Positions 1-14,400 are shown, counted from the first letter of the whole stretch. The stretch: 62,989 nt of DNA, filler included, from Choristocarpus tenellus KU-1152 (GCA_964200185.2; 6 parts of 6 records of this genome joined end to end with filler, not necessarily neighbours in it), one strand, 5' to 3'. Made by a program: numbers and translations. Notes: generated from the letters alone by a model not told the origin.

Positions 1-350
1 GGTAGTGGTACAGAAAACATAGGTTTACAAACACCATGGCAAAACAGACATCATCATGGTCACTGAGTGAGGTAGATTAGGAAGCACAGGAAGGCAGTAG
101 TGCAATATTTGATGATGGTGAAGTAACTGATTAGTGGTTTTCACATTTATGATATTTTATTTCTATAGGGCTTATACAACATATATATAGTTTTCATTTG
201 TTTTCCCCCTGACACATCTGCAAAATGTCAGAGGGCATAATAATATATCAGTACTAGTATTAGTAGTGTAAGTGGTAGTGGTACAGAAAACATAGGTTTA
301 CAAACACCATGGCAAAACAGACATCATCATGGTCACTGAGTGAGGTAGAT
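1..350. repeat. Tandem repeat with 273-bp period; the unit is also dispersed (family E)
   Basis: 1-77 is identical to 274-350. About 72-250 matches the reverse complement of about 30661-30840. Contains the hairpin motif CCCCCTGACACATCTGCAAAATGTCAGAGGG. Confidence 0.8.
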
Positions 351-1021
351 GTGACACACCTTAAAATTGTAATAGAGGGCGCATAGGCGTACACAACACA
401 GGGGAAGAGATTAGACTTCATTTGAACATTGTCTCCAACAACAACAAAATAAACAGTAATGAGAAATTTAATTTCTCTCTCTTCTCGCAGATCTGAATAA
501 TAGCCAAAAGAAAATCAAATATACGAAATGTTACTCTGAGTTTCAATCGGTGACTCATAGTTTTGCGACTCTGAATTTAAGAAATCCTGTGTTTAAAAAG
601 ACCCTTCACATTGACAATAGAACCACGATATAAACAAAGGACTTGGAAACTCAAAGTCGCTTATTGAAACCCAGAGTGACTCACTTTTGGGATAGTTTGT
701 TTACTGTGGGGGGACAAAATATGTAATTTTCTCATGCATGGTGCACGTTGCTGCTGGTGGTAAGGTTGTAAACATGAGTCCCACAGTATGCCCCAATACA
801 GAACACTATTTTTCTCTAAGGCACCTGTTCGACTCTGTGTTGTTGTGTACGGTTTTGCTGTGTGGTGCACATATACTCTACTTCCCCTTTTTGCCTAGTC
901 ACAAATTGGAAACATCCCTTTTCATTTATCTGATGTGTAATATCTTAATCTTCTCTCTCTCTGTCCGTACTGTGCAATTTACCTTGGAAGGTATTGCAAT
1001 TTATCAGTAGTAAAGACAAGA

Positions 1022-1292
1022 AGGTGTGTTACAGCGTGCCCTAAAAGCTTACCTCCACAGGACGCATAGCTCCCATTCCCATTTACAGGCCAATAGATGA
1101 TACTGATGCACGTATAGGACTCCTGATGCACAAGTCGAAAAGGAACTGGTTTAAGATGTCTTGTCACAATCGGGGACCATAATGACCAAATAATAAATAA
1201 ATAGTCAAGAAGGACAAATATATCGAATCTAGGACTTCAATGTCATAATGGTGTTCATGAAAACGCCATCAAGACATATCGCCTGTAACAGG
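1022..1292 (+). repeat. Dispersed repeat family D
   Basis: Colinear with the reverse complement of 35786-36096, e.g. ATAGATGATACTGATGC.CGTATAGGACTCC, ATCGGGGACCATAATGACCAAATAATAAATAAATA and CGCCATCAAGACATATCGCCTGT. Confidence 0.8.
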
Positions 1293-2426
1293 TGTGGAGC
1301 CTCACACGATCCCCTTTGCAGATGTAATATCTCTTAGTGACATAATTTGGACTCAATTCAAAGCATATTGTCCCAAAGATGGGCCAATGGTAGGCACGAT
1401 GAGTAACTTTACTTCCCGTGGTCTGAGGATGGTTACATTGCCATTCTTTTTCATTTTGTAGATATTACCACCTTCACTGGGTACTTCATTGGGGAGATCA
1501 AGAGGATGAAGAAGGTTAGTTTGAGTGAGTTCAAGAGATGGGATCCGGGGACTCCTGAAAAACTGGAGGGAGTGACTATGAAAGTAAATGACTCGAGTAT
1601 TACTCTGGACCTGAACCTGTGTTTGGAGAGTATTGTCTTGGAAGGAATAGGATCGATTGGTGTTCAGACTATATCATGACTGATGTGGGTATAGGTGTTT
1701 GCATACAAACCTTTCTTTAGACGTGATTCAGAAGTGGATACAGAACACTGTCAACATGTTCGTGTGTTGAGCAAGTTGAAGTTCATATTTATATTCAACA
1801 GTTCAATAGTTGCACACTTATCACGTTCTATTCTAATTTCTACAAATGAATTCCAATTACTGAAAGAAAAATGGTTGAAAAAAATAGTATAATGATTATA
1901 TCCATTATTCAAGATATATATGTAATATGTAAAGTTAATAGAAAAAGTTTTTGTTTGAAAATTTTTATCTCCCAATGCTGCAGATGACTATTTGAATCTC
2001 TAACGGATATGTTCGATTCACTAAGTCTAATCGATCTCCACCTCACCGATGATCTCTACATTCCCCACAACTATTCTCAGAAATAACCGTTCTTCATCGT
2101 TCCAAGTACAAAACAGAACCATATAAGTTCGCATAATGTTGTACCATTAATATTAGGAGGAAAAAAGTCAATTCAAGATCATAATGACCTATGTAAAAGT
2201 TGATAGTTGTCATAAATGTGAAAGATATCTCTCCAAAACCTCAGATTTGTCATAGAAATAGCCTTACCAACACCACAAAACGCTCCTTTTTAGAGTAAGA
2301 AGTGGACAAACACCGTTCTTCACCTCTTTATGCAAGTTCATAGTGAAAGGTCGAGGAAGGGTCCTGCCCCAAACCCCCTTATTTACATCGATGATCAAGT
2401 AGTTGGAGAAGGTTGCACCAGCCAGC

Positions 2427-5400
2427 ATGCGGCGCGTTTCCTTCTGCTTGTTTGCAGGGCTTGTAACCATCGCTCAACCCCTGTCACCATGTAACAGTAC
2501 GGGCAAAGCGATTGCCGAGATTAGGTCTTTATATGATGTGGAACAACTTGCTGTAAACATATCTTGCTCTATGGGTACTTTTTCTGCTGTTTGGTATGGT
2601 GAGCTATCTCTTAGCACAACATTGACAGTGGCGGAAGGAACTAGCCTGAGCATTCGTGGCGCAGATACACTGGCCTCTATCGATGGCGGGGCAACACTTC
2701 CTCTTTTCGATGTCAACAGCGGGACGTTGAGTCTTCAAGGTCTGATCCTCCGAAGAGGAAATGCAACCGATGTGGCAGCAGAGTATGTTCAAGGCGGTGC
2801 GATTCGCATTGTGGATGGTACCTTGGATGTGACGGGATGCACCTTCGAGTCGAATGAAGCCAATGAAAGCGGGGGAGCAATCTATGCCAATCACTCGGAG
2901 GTCATTGTGGAAAACAGCATATTCGAGGAGTGCAGGGTCGGCAAGTCTGGTTTCGGAACTGGTGGTGGGATTCATGTAAGTACATTGGAGTTACCTCTTC
3001 GGTATTGTGCAGCGGGTAAGTATCTTGAAATCATTGATGAGTGTAGATTTACCCAACATGCATCGCATCCTTGTTGTGCTTAAGGTAAACGAAGGAAGAG
3101 CATTGATACGGAATTCCGCCATTTATAAGAACTTCGCCGGGGAAAGAGGAGGTGGAGCTTGGTTGAACAGTGGTGACTTCACTGTGTACAATACCACCTT
3201 CGTCGAAAACATGGTTGGAGCTGAGATTGGGACAAAGTTCGAGGAGAATGGTAAGGGCATACAAATACGGGATGTAGTGAAGTAACTAGTCAATCCTGTA
3301 CCCAGTGGTGTACTCTCTATGGCATCAATGATGCCAAGCGTAGCTCTTTATATTGACAGCGCCGTGACTGTACGTACTATCGAACTGAGAAGGTGCTTGA
3401 CCTGATTCTAGGGTCAAGAATCGACTTCCCTAAGCAAATGTGATCCCGCTTATACTTATGAGGAGGTATTTCCTCCTCCTTCACATATGTGCCACCAACC
3501 TCATGATCGTAGAGGAAACGTTCGGACAAGGTGGTGGATTAAGTGTCGATACATGTGAGGGAGGATTCTATGGCGGTCCCTGTGAGATTGACCTCAACCT
3601 CTTCCAGGAAAATTTTGCAGGCGCGAAGGGGGGTGGACTTGTGGTTGGAGGAAGCGATGTGCACAACAATATCACCATCGAGAGGTGCTCTTTCCAAAAC
3701 AACTCTGCAGGCCAAACAGATCCTCCATTTGATGACTTTCCAGTCGGGGACGGAGGTGCTTTGTCAGTAGGGGGCAATTTCATTCTGCTGGTCGTCAATA
3801 GTAAATTTGAGAGCAATATTGCAGGGAAAAAGGTAAGCACGTTGTGCATAGAGACTGAGGAGTGCTTATCCCATCAGGTAGTGACAAAGGGGGTTATTGC
3901 TTGGCTCTCCTCAGATTGGTATTGGTGTGTTTAACAACTTTTAACTGTTCTACAGAGTTTCACCCATCCATATTGACTTTTTCAGCGAAGCGCTTTTTGT
4001 GCCGATACTTAAGCTGGGGCACTGCAGCTGTATTGCATTTTCATGAGTGTGTGATAAGTCAGTTGTTTCTCTTTGGCAATGCCCATGTTGAAGTGGATGG
4101 GATGGTAGATGATGTGTACTTCAATGTATATTTTTCTACGAACTGTCAAAATGTACTTCAAAGATTGTGAAGTTTAGTGTATCAAGGTGCTCACATTCTG
4201 CCTGTTGCAACATTTTGCTCTTTATGGACAGAATAAAGTTTATGATAGCTTGACAACCAATTCAACCCCTTTTCCGTTGCAGCATGTAATTGGAAAGTGA
4301 ACAGTTCCCTTGTCCATTGTGCTAAGTAGGAACCTCTCTAGATACCAATACAGGTCCCTGTCCCAAATAACTTTTTGTTCTTCATTGGCTGAGTTCACAG
4401 GGTGGTGCTATCATATCTTCATCAGAGAGTGAGCTACATGTACACAACTCAGAATTCAATTTGAACGAAGCAAGAGGGGATGGAGGTGGGGCAATCACGG
4501 TGGGATCGAACTCAAAACTATTAGTCAACTCCTCGAACTTCTCCACCAACACTGCTGAAGAGTCGGGGGGGGCCATCAATGGATTAAGCTCTTCCACTGT
4601 TGTGATACAGAGTGGGGCATTTTATGAGAACTATGCAGACCGGGTATGTCATTGATTCAGCACAATCCTCTTACGCATCACATATTGTGCTTGATAATAG
4701 TTGATACGAGAAGCTGTTGGTTGAATTTTATTCTTGTCTTGTTATGCACTCTTTCTCTGCAAAGCACACTGTGAAGCTGGATTTGGCATTGCTTTGTGTA
4801 CCTTGTGGTAGGTAGTATGCTGGACAGGAGACTACATTTCTAATTTCCTGATTTCTTTTGTCATGTAATTTGAAGCCTGCAATTCATTTTCTTTGGTCAA
4901 TGTTTCAATGCCTTTTTTTTTTTTTACAAGAATGCAAATCACCGCCACCTTTCTGCAGCAAAATCTCCTGGTAGGTATGGGGTGAAAGAGCCACTTTTCA
5001 TGTGTTTGGTATGATCTGCACCAAGATGCAATCCGAAACCTGCAATAGATTACAGTTCTTAGCCATTATGAACCATGTGACATGTCCTATCTCTCATCAA
5101 ACTTGTATGTGTATGTGTATGCGTGTGCTCACATTTGCAAAGGGGCATTGTGCGATGCTCATAACCTTTTAAACCTTGAATTGCATGAATCGTTGATTCT
5201 CATGAAGTGCCCTGTGCAGAGGATTGAAGTGTTGTAGGCAAAGAGGTAACTGAGTGTACTGAAGCGTTGGTGGAATTCAATGTGATAGATCTTATATCAT
5301 GATCTTTGAAGAGGCTGGTTGAATACTGTAAAGTAGTGCACTATTTATTGCTGTCGTTCAGGATAGTGATGTATGCTCTGTTACCTTGTGGAGAAGTTTG

Positions 5401-8400
5401 ATAATATGTTAACTCTGAATTTGTCATATCCAGTTGTGTGTTGAGGTAGGCTTCTAGCAGAGTGAATTTGAAGTCAGAAGAGGGGGCAACATCTTAATAA
5501 CTACAGTACTGGATACGAGAAAATTAAAGGACTCAACCCCAATTCTGAATCAACTCATGTGTGTTTCAATCTGAGGTTGTATGAAGAACACATACCTAAT
5601 CCAGGGATCGAGCGTCCCGTAACCATGCAAAATGCAACAGCAAGTTGTGATCATATATTGCGCACATTGGTATACACGCAATGTGGTTGCTTGCAGGCTA
5701 AGGTAAAATGGCCAGTGGATGGGCCAACAGTCGACACTAGTTGATGGTATCATACTGTATGCATAAATCACAAAGGGTGTGGCCTATGTTTTAACATTTG
5801 CATGCATATATCCAGCAAGTGTGAGAAGTTTTGTGGTGCTTGTTAGAGCAAGCATATCCTGTTTGATGACATGCTTGATGGAAGCGCGTAGTGATTTCTA
5901 GACATTTAAGATCTACTTGAGGGTATGCACATCCAGCAGAGAATTAAACAATGTGACAATTCACCTTTATATCTAATTCCACTAGTGCTAACTCTCTCAT
6001 TCTTGATTCCTTCCAACAACCTTGCTCTCAACCAGAATGGAGGGGTGATAACTGCACAGGGCATTGTTCTTGTGTCATCAGGCACGTTTGGTGGCAATAC
6101 GGCCAGGATAAATGGTGGGGCATTGTATGCATCTGTGGGCGCAAACTACACTGTATCTGGAGGAACGTTCTTCCTCAACAGAGCTCAGGCAAATGGTGGT
6201 AGCTTGTATCTTGGCTATGATTCCGAGATGGTCGTATCTGCCGGAATTTTTTTTGACAATAAGGCGTCCAACAGTGGAGGCTTTGTGTTTGTGAATGGCA
6301 ATCTCAAGGTAAGGATCCTGAATGCAAAACACCAAGCCTTGAGAAAGAGAATAATGACCATTTGACCACAAGTTTGGGATTATATATATATATATATATT
6401 GCTATGTGAGGTGATGAAACTATAGTATTTTTTAAATGTGGTTTGTGAGGGTAGGAGTTGTACTTTAGGACTCTTCTATAGCTGTTTTCTGTGCGTAATA
6501 ACACACCTCCTTGGTTTCCTTATTTCACAAATTGCGCTCACATGGTGCTCTTGCAGGTCACAGGTGGAACATACCGAAATAATAGTGCTGAGGACGGTGG
6601 ATTCATATTCGTAGCCAGAGGCTATGCATCTTGCACAGGGGTCACCGTTGAAAACCATGAGGTGTTGGGGGGGTGCAATTGCCTTAAAATATGTGACAGG
6701 TTTTGTAGGAGGACCAGTGCAGACCATACGTTCATGTGTAAAGATGGTGGCAATTCATCGGAAGTCAGGGTAGTGTGGACGAACATATGTGATAATGTAG
6801 ACTGGAAGCTCATCTGGGTTGGTACTAGAGAGAGAGCAAGCAAATGTTGAGTTCTTAGTTGATACTGTATGAAGCGTTCAGCACTTGTGACAAAACATAT
6901 GATGTACAATAGTGGATGAGGACGCCCCAGCAAAACAGACTCAGTGACAAATTTGGCTGACCATGCTGCAGTCCATTAAAGAACTTTGACAACCACTTTG
7001 CAAACATGCATGCTTTTCTCATTAGTGCAGCTTCCAGTGCGCCGTGTTTTGATGCTTTGTTCATACTAGAGAGGAATATTTTATACACTGTGAGGCTGTT
7101 CCACACATCATAGCATTGCCTTGCGAAGGCTTTCACCAGGCTAACTGAACATAAATGCGAAACCCCAGGCTGTCAATGGTGGTGTTGTGTATGCGTCTAA
7201 AGCAGCACATGTGGACTGGGCCTGCAACAGCACAGACAGCTATGGCATCCTTGGAGGGGTCATGTGAGTGAATGAGGTAGATGATCATTATCACAAAGAG
7301 AGGGATGGAGTTAACCTTGATATGCTGGAACTAATATAAACAGAACCTGTTTTATTGCTTTTTGACGTGGAGTACAGTTACTGGTTTAGTCCGGTTGTAT
7401 TTTCTTATCATTGTGTGAATTGGTTGAAATGTGACGTTTTTGGGATTGCTTTTTTTTTATTTCTCATTTTTTTCAAGGGTTGGTAACAGAATCTTGAGAC
7501 GTTCAGAACGAACAAGCAGAAGTAGAAAAGAGACTCGAGCAAGATTAGCATGTCTCTACTTCAGCACGAAAATAATAAGGTGTACAATGGTGTAGTGCAA
7601 GTTTGGTCTATTGCAGTATATACGTTGCCCACTATTCAATCCCTTCCCAGCGCTTGATATATCAAAGGTTTGGGTGAACACTTGATACTGGAAGTAATCA
7701 CATTTCTATGGTATGCATGGGGAATGACAAATTGTGTAGGGCAATTGTTTGTAGTCTCAAAGCCAACAAGTGGCAAATGATATGTTGAAAAAATGAATGC
7801 ATATATGTTGATACCTTAAAAGTGAAGAAGCTTTGGACCTGTTTACATCCATCAATATATTAACACAATTATATCATATTGTACTATAGCTTTATAGGGG
7901 TCTCACGTCAACTCTGCATCTCATTGTTACAGGTATCTCTATCTTGGGGCATCCATCTCTATTACAAGCTCATCATTTACAGGAATCACCATGCCTCGTG
8001 GCAGTGCAATATTTCTACTAGATAGCAGCCTCACTGTTGAGAAGGTGACATTCTTTTTTCTCGACACTCAATTTTATATTTCAGGCATTGTACCCACTCT
8101 TGAAACACGATGCTAGTTGGAATTGGATTCCAAGTGCTCCAACTTACAATCTTGGACAAGAAAAAATTCTGTCCACAAGAAGGCAATTCCTCAGAAAGCG
8201 TTAAATTAATTGCTATATGTATTTTTGTGTATCTATGCATTCTCATCCCTTCAATGCTTTTGTGTTATATGTCTTGAATACATACTTGAACTGAACATGC
8301 ATTGTGCTGCCTTAATAATGTTTCTGTGGTTTATACTCGAATATGGGATTTTGCCTCAGTCATTTGCAAAAGACATTCCACTTTTAACATACACTGATTA

Positions 8401-11400
8401 CAATTGTCTGAAGAAAACCCGTATGATAGTTTTCAAGCCTGAAAGGAACATTTTATCCATGCAAAAACCACCTAACCTTTGCCACTCTATTCTCCATTCT
8501 TACCCTTTCCCAGGCTGTTTTCGAGGACACCAACCGATCTTCAGTGCTCTTGGCCATCCAGGGTAACCCTGGCTCTGTTGTCAAGGTATATGACTCCAGC
8601 TTCCGTGGATTTGGTGGAGAGGTAAAAAGTCTAGTATACAGGCAATGCAATGACCGGCCTTAACACACTCACGTACGTGCTTCGGGAAAATAATAGGATT
8701 GGTCCCTGTATGGGGTCAGGCTTACATTTCATCAGCAAGGTACTGAGCTCAAACATGTTTCTGTTACTTTGAGGTTGTGGTATATCTAGTACTGGCAGCC
8801 ACTGGTGTTTTATTTGAAATATGCCCACTAGCTGTGGAGAAAGTGAGGAAATAAGAGTGTGAGAGGTTTGCCCTGTACCACCGCCACCGTCCTTGATGTC
8901 GAACATAGATGTCAAACATAGTGACAACCTGCAAAACCCTTCTCTATTACTTGCAGGCGGTGGTATTCAGCGGGGGGGAGCTGGTCTTGGATGGTTGTGA
9001 CTTCTCAGAGAGCGTTGCACAGGAACTGGTGTACTCTTCATATGTGATGCCACCAGTGTTACGCAACACTGTACTGGGGAATCTCAACTGTGAGGCCTGG
9101 ACGACCAACCGTAGGCCTGTGTGTTTTGACGATGAAGTTGTCTCTGTATAGATATGTTTATCTGTGAATTACAGCCTTGGTCTAAGAATGAAGTTGTGGA
9201 CTTACCAACAGTATTTAGCTGAGGGCCGAGTGCATAACCATGGAGACCATGGATTTGATCGACCAAGCCATGCGCAGACAAGAGTTGATGTTGCCGTGTT
9301 CGGAAAACAGAGCATCGTTTTCTATGTCTGAGATATGTCAAGTCTAGGAACGTCCTTCATCAGTTAAGTTGTTTAATTGGGCGTAATTTTTCATGCACTT
9401 CAAATTGTCAAATAGATCTTAACAGAAAAAGGGAAGGGAACATTTTTTTTATTAGGTGTGTAGTTCAGGTGCTTTCATTTTTTGTCTCCATTTGTTGGAC
9501 ATCATGGTAAACCATATTTGATTTTTTTTAAGAGCTCTGGTCAATTTTCTATCCTGTGTATTGGTGTTGATAAATCAAAACCGATTCCAAAAAGCAAATG
9601 CTTCGAATTACTCGAAATATGAAAGTGGTGGACTATACTGTTGTGTGAGAAGAATCGTGTGAGTATCATCCTGGATTATCATCCTATTTTGAATCTTCTA
9701 CCTGGCAGTGTTCTCGCATTCCTTAGTTCAATGGATTGCTGTGCCCCTGCTATATTATGCAAGCTGAAATGAGCTCTAAATTCCAACCCACCAGAGTTGA
9801 GACTCGGATATGTATATCCCAGTCATCCTCCTAGGTTCAATTCATGGAGGGTACATTATTTGCATCTAGCCCTCCAGCCTTGAACTAAGTAGTACCTCAT
9901 ACTTGGTCTCTCCTCAACAGTTTCACTCTTCTTAATACGTTGCTGATCACATAGGCATCGATGCCTCCGCACTGATTTTCAAGGTATGGCCCACTTCCTT
10001 TATGCAATTGCAACACTGATCTTTTCGTACAGATGATGGACCTATTTCAGATGGTGTGACGTCCCAGTCAGCTGAATTTGTGAACCGGGCGTACACCTGT
10101 GCAGACCAGAGAGGAGGGCATAGTTCGTTGTGCAGCAGCGTTGAAGATTGCCTAGATGGAGATATGGGGGTTTACTGTGACTGCTACACGCCAGATGTTC
10201 CTTTGGATGGAGAAGAGGTGATGATTTTGTGCTTGGTCTGGAAGAGGTGTGTGAAATGTCTTTGTGAGTCACCTCACCAACATATTACCTTCATTAATAT
10301 TGAGAAGCCACTTTCTGTTTTCGTTCAAGGACCGTGCAGTACTCCTGCAGCACTTCTGCAGAATCAATTGTGCACTTAAGAGTATGTGGTCTTACCTTAC
10401 CAGTCGTGGTATACTGTTCAATCAGTGCCCTGCAACATTGCCTATGTTTTGTTGTTCTCATGGACCTTACTATTATTTCGACCTAGTTACAGAGACAAAA
10501 TGTAGTAGGCATTTACTGTCAATCATTCCACTTACATCCAAATTGTGATATTTTAAAGCAGGGTGAGAAAAATACCCAATATATAACTACCAACCTGTCA
10601 TATAGAGCAGTTGGGTCACCTTCATCACCAGACTTAAGAATAAAGTATCGAATGTGTGAATGAAGAAAAACAGCAGTGACCAGTACACAAGTCCATCCTC
10701 TTTTCCAGAGATAGAAGGATACGCAGTGGTAATTTCCATCGTATTATGTCCTAACAATTTCTCCTCTGTTTGACTCACAGAAACCTCATGTCACCAACCC
10801 AGGTCTGCTTTGATGGAAGCAGTATGCTGCATCTTTCCACAGAAAGTTCTGTGGGTAATTTCTTCTCTCCAGATAAAATGACTGCAGATATCTTATTGGA
10901 AGCCGATAGCTCTGTCGAGACAGGCATAGTTTGGAACATGAGGGTAGATGGAGTTGAGGACATAAAGGGGGCTAGATTGGATGTCACATGGGATATCTTC
11001 CCTTCGACAGGGGTGCTGATGCCTGGGAAAAGGTGAGCATGAAGTCCTCCATGACTTGCCACGATGGTGTTTGTGTTACGAAAACAAAGCAGTTCTGAAG
11101 CACAATTGTAGTTGACTTGGGTGTTTCAGTCAACTTAATGTTAATACTGAAACCTTCTGAGGAAGTCTGCATTATATCTGTGGTGATTTTGTGTAGGAGG
11201 GAGGTGGCAAGTATTGGTCTCGATGGGGATGAGGATGTACAGACTGTGTCATTGGTGCCAAGCTTGTGTACTACTGATTGAATGTAGGTGTGGAATACAC
11301 CTTTAAATAGTGTGTTATGTTGTAAGACAAGGAATATATTTGAGGGACGACGAAAATCCAATACTTGGGTGTAGGGTTCTGGAAGAATCAGTTGATTTAC

Positions 11401-14400
11401 CTACCCACATTGTACAGCCCATTTATTTTCGGGCGATAATGGGGTGGTATTTTGCAGCTAGATGGAATGGAAAAGTGTGCCAAACGTCTGGTAACATATG
11501 ATGAGATGCCAGGTTTACTTCCTTTATGCAAAATTTCTACTAAACAAAGGGTAGTAATTTGCATGTGTGCAGTTGCTTACCCAAGAATTATGGCATCAGA
11601 CTCTCGTAGATTCTTCTTTATAAGAAAAATGAGGACATTTGGCGAACTCTCACCACCTCATTCAGCGTAGGGAGTTGTGTCACTGCAGCACAGTTTGCCC
11701 TCAGGTTCAAGCCTGCCGGTGCTTATTTTTTGCTTTATAGTGCAATTGCTGGTTTGGGACTGAAGTTGGTGCGACAGGGTTACCTTGAGGTCATGTGTTC
11801 GGTTCTCCATTTCACATTTTCCCTAATACTGCTTGAGTCTTTATTGTTGTTTGCAAGACATGGTGCATAATTATTTCCTTACAAAGATGAGCAGCCCATT
11901 ATCATCAATATCTAGGGAAGGAACAATGCCCACATAGGAATAAAACTGGCACATAGCACAAATATAGTTGACCCCTCGTTACTAATCTTCTTTTTGTTAT
12001 ACTAAACACTCTAGACTTGAAGAGAGACATGCTTGAACACTGATGGCTGCTTGAACAGATTGGTAAACCTCAATATCAATATATAATGAAGTGAGGTTAA
12101 TATCCAGTGATCCACGTTAAATGCCCAAACACAATTGCAACAAGCACAGTCTTAGGATATGAGTTACAGGGATACATTGCAGTTGCTCCAAGAAGGTATC
12201 TTGGATTGTTTGGTGCTACTAGAAACGTGGAGGAGAGTGGTAGAAGTCAAGTGAATATGCTCATTGTATAACGTGGCATCCATATGAAATGAATCAAGAT
12301 GTAAAGTTCTACACTCTTCAAGGAGATTTTTGAACGGCTGGATTTCACTCTCTAAATATTTTGTGGATGGTTGATAGCAGGTGGAAGACAGGGACGTCTA
12401 TGTTCTATTTTTGGTTGATGCTGACCCTGAATCGCTAGACATTACATCTCACACCTCTTACACTACCCCTTGCCACTGAGAACATTTGGTGCACAGAACT
12501 CCACCGAGCATGAAGAGTTGAATTGCCTTAACATATTGAGGACTCAGCCTCAGCATTAAGTGATCTTGGATCGTGTCATGTACTCCCTGCTCTTTTCCAC
12601 ATCATTTATTGCACACTCATTTTCTAATGCTTTGTCTGAATGATTTGGTACTGTGTTTCTCTCCATGCCCATGACTGAAAAGTATCTTGGTGAGGGTCAC
12701 AGGAATTGCACCATTGGACCTTAATGGTCCCTTAAACACCTCGTTTGTGGTGAGCAATGGTCCCAGTGTTTCACTGCTGGTGGACAACCCACATGTGGTG
12801 GTTCAAACACAATTTTTCCATTGCGACAAAGGTTTGTTTTGGACTGACCAAGGGGAGTGCAGGCCCTGTTCAAGTCTAAATGGGGCAGCTGAGGTGTGTA
12901 ATACTGCTTCTGGTGGGAATGTGAAACCATTGTACATATGAATCCTTGCCACATTTGGTTTATAAAAGTTCTTCATCTTTGCTTCAGGAATTGAAATAGC
13001 TACAGCCTCCATTGTTTTAGGCCTTCAATCTTGGAGAAGGATTTGTCTCCCCTTAACCTCTTGAGGGATGAGAGAAATCGGGATAGATACAACTACACCA
13101 AGTTCTTAAGAAAATACCCTTTGTCTATTACGGTGGACACATGCATCAGTATTTCTACTTTTACTTTTCCAGGTGTGAGCAGTGTTCGCCCGTGTGGATG
13201 GAGCATATTACCCATTGAAATTTTCATGCGTTGCTCTGTTCCTTCTACTGCCAGGGGGTGGATTGCTCAGAGCCAGGGTCAACTCAGAAGACACTGCGTC
13301 TCATTGAAGGTTTCTGGAGGGCTTCAGGCGATTCTATCCATATCAAGGAGTGCATGAACAAGGTACTTGTGACTCCTAGGGCTGTATTGAAATAGTGGGA
13401 CTGAGAAAGATATTGGTGGTTCATCATCTTTTATAGGAACGAAGATAGTGAAGTTGAGGTGCAGAAATGTATGTTCTGGACATAAGCACTGTTGATGATG
13501 CTTCCCTTTAGGACATGGAAAGAGTGAAAGTATCTTAAAGGGTATGAGTTTTGCCCTGTTTGTCAATTTGGGGCTTGGCTTCCCTCAAGGTTTTTATGAC
13601 ATTTTCCTATTCCACAATATTTCGGAATAGGTAAAATGTGTACATTATGAAAAGGTGTTTCCGGAACAAGGATATTGACACTTCCTAACAAACAAGATAG
13701 CCAAAATTACATCAAAATCGCAACATTGGATTTTGGCCGCCAAATGGACGCGGCTCTACCCTCTAAGATACTTTGGCTCAAAAGAATGCACAAAGTAAAA
13801 TGTTGTAGGCATGATGGGTAGCTGTACGTACAATGATGTATCACAACGAAATATTTCACAGGCATTCCCAATCCAACAGGAATGTCTCACTCATTCCCAG
13901 CTGTGTAGATATACAAGTACCCTGCCAATACGTTTTCGAATGAAACATAGAGAAAGGCTTGCAATAGTGGGATGAGACTCGCTAACCGGGATGAGGAAAT
14001 CCTAGACTAGAAGAACCGAGAGTGATGCCAGACCTCCATTACATTTTTTGCGATTAGAACATTCCAAGTATTTTCCTATTCATAAGCCTATTTGTATGAT
14101 ATGAATATTGTACTTCATTGTCAAAATTTTGCTTGAACAACCCTTATCATGGTAAGAGGTGATACAAGTACAAAATTTTCAAATTGTGATTGAGATGAGA
14201 TCCTCAACCAGGGGCCCTAGGTGTTAATAGTAAGTCAACCCGACACGTGAGGTTTGAACCTCTGTCAGGCATTGGTGGTCACAGGTGAACAATGTTGTTG
14301 AAGTGTATTGGCAATTCAAGGTCTCAAAACCTAGAGGAGATTAAAGAACAACCTGCCTGCTGGTAGATGTTTTAGAGTGTAGAAATGATGAACAGTGGGC

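Noticed and set aside
2403-6850. Bacterial (chlamydial) Pmp autotransporter contamination or recent horizontal transfer
   Set aside because: The repeats are interrupted by spliceosomal introns and continue into a eukaryotic multi-TM domain; there is no autotransporter beta-barrel.
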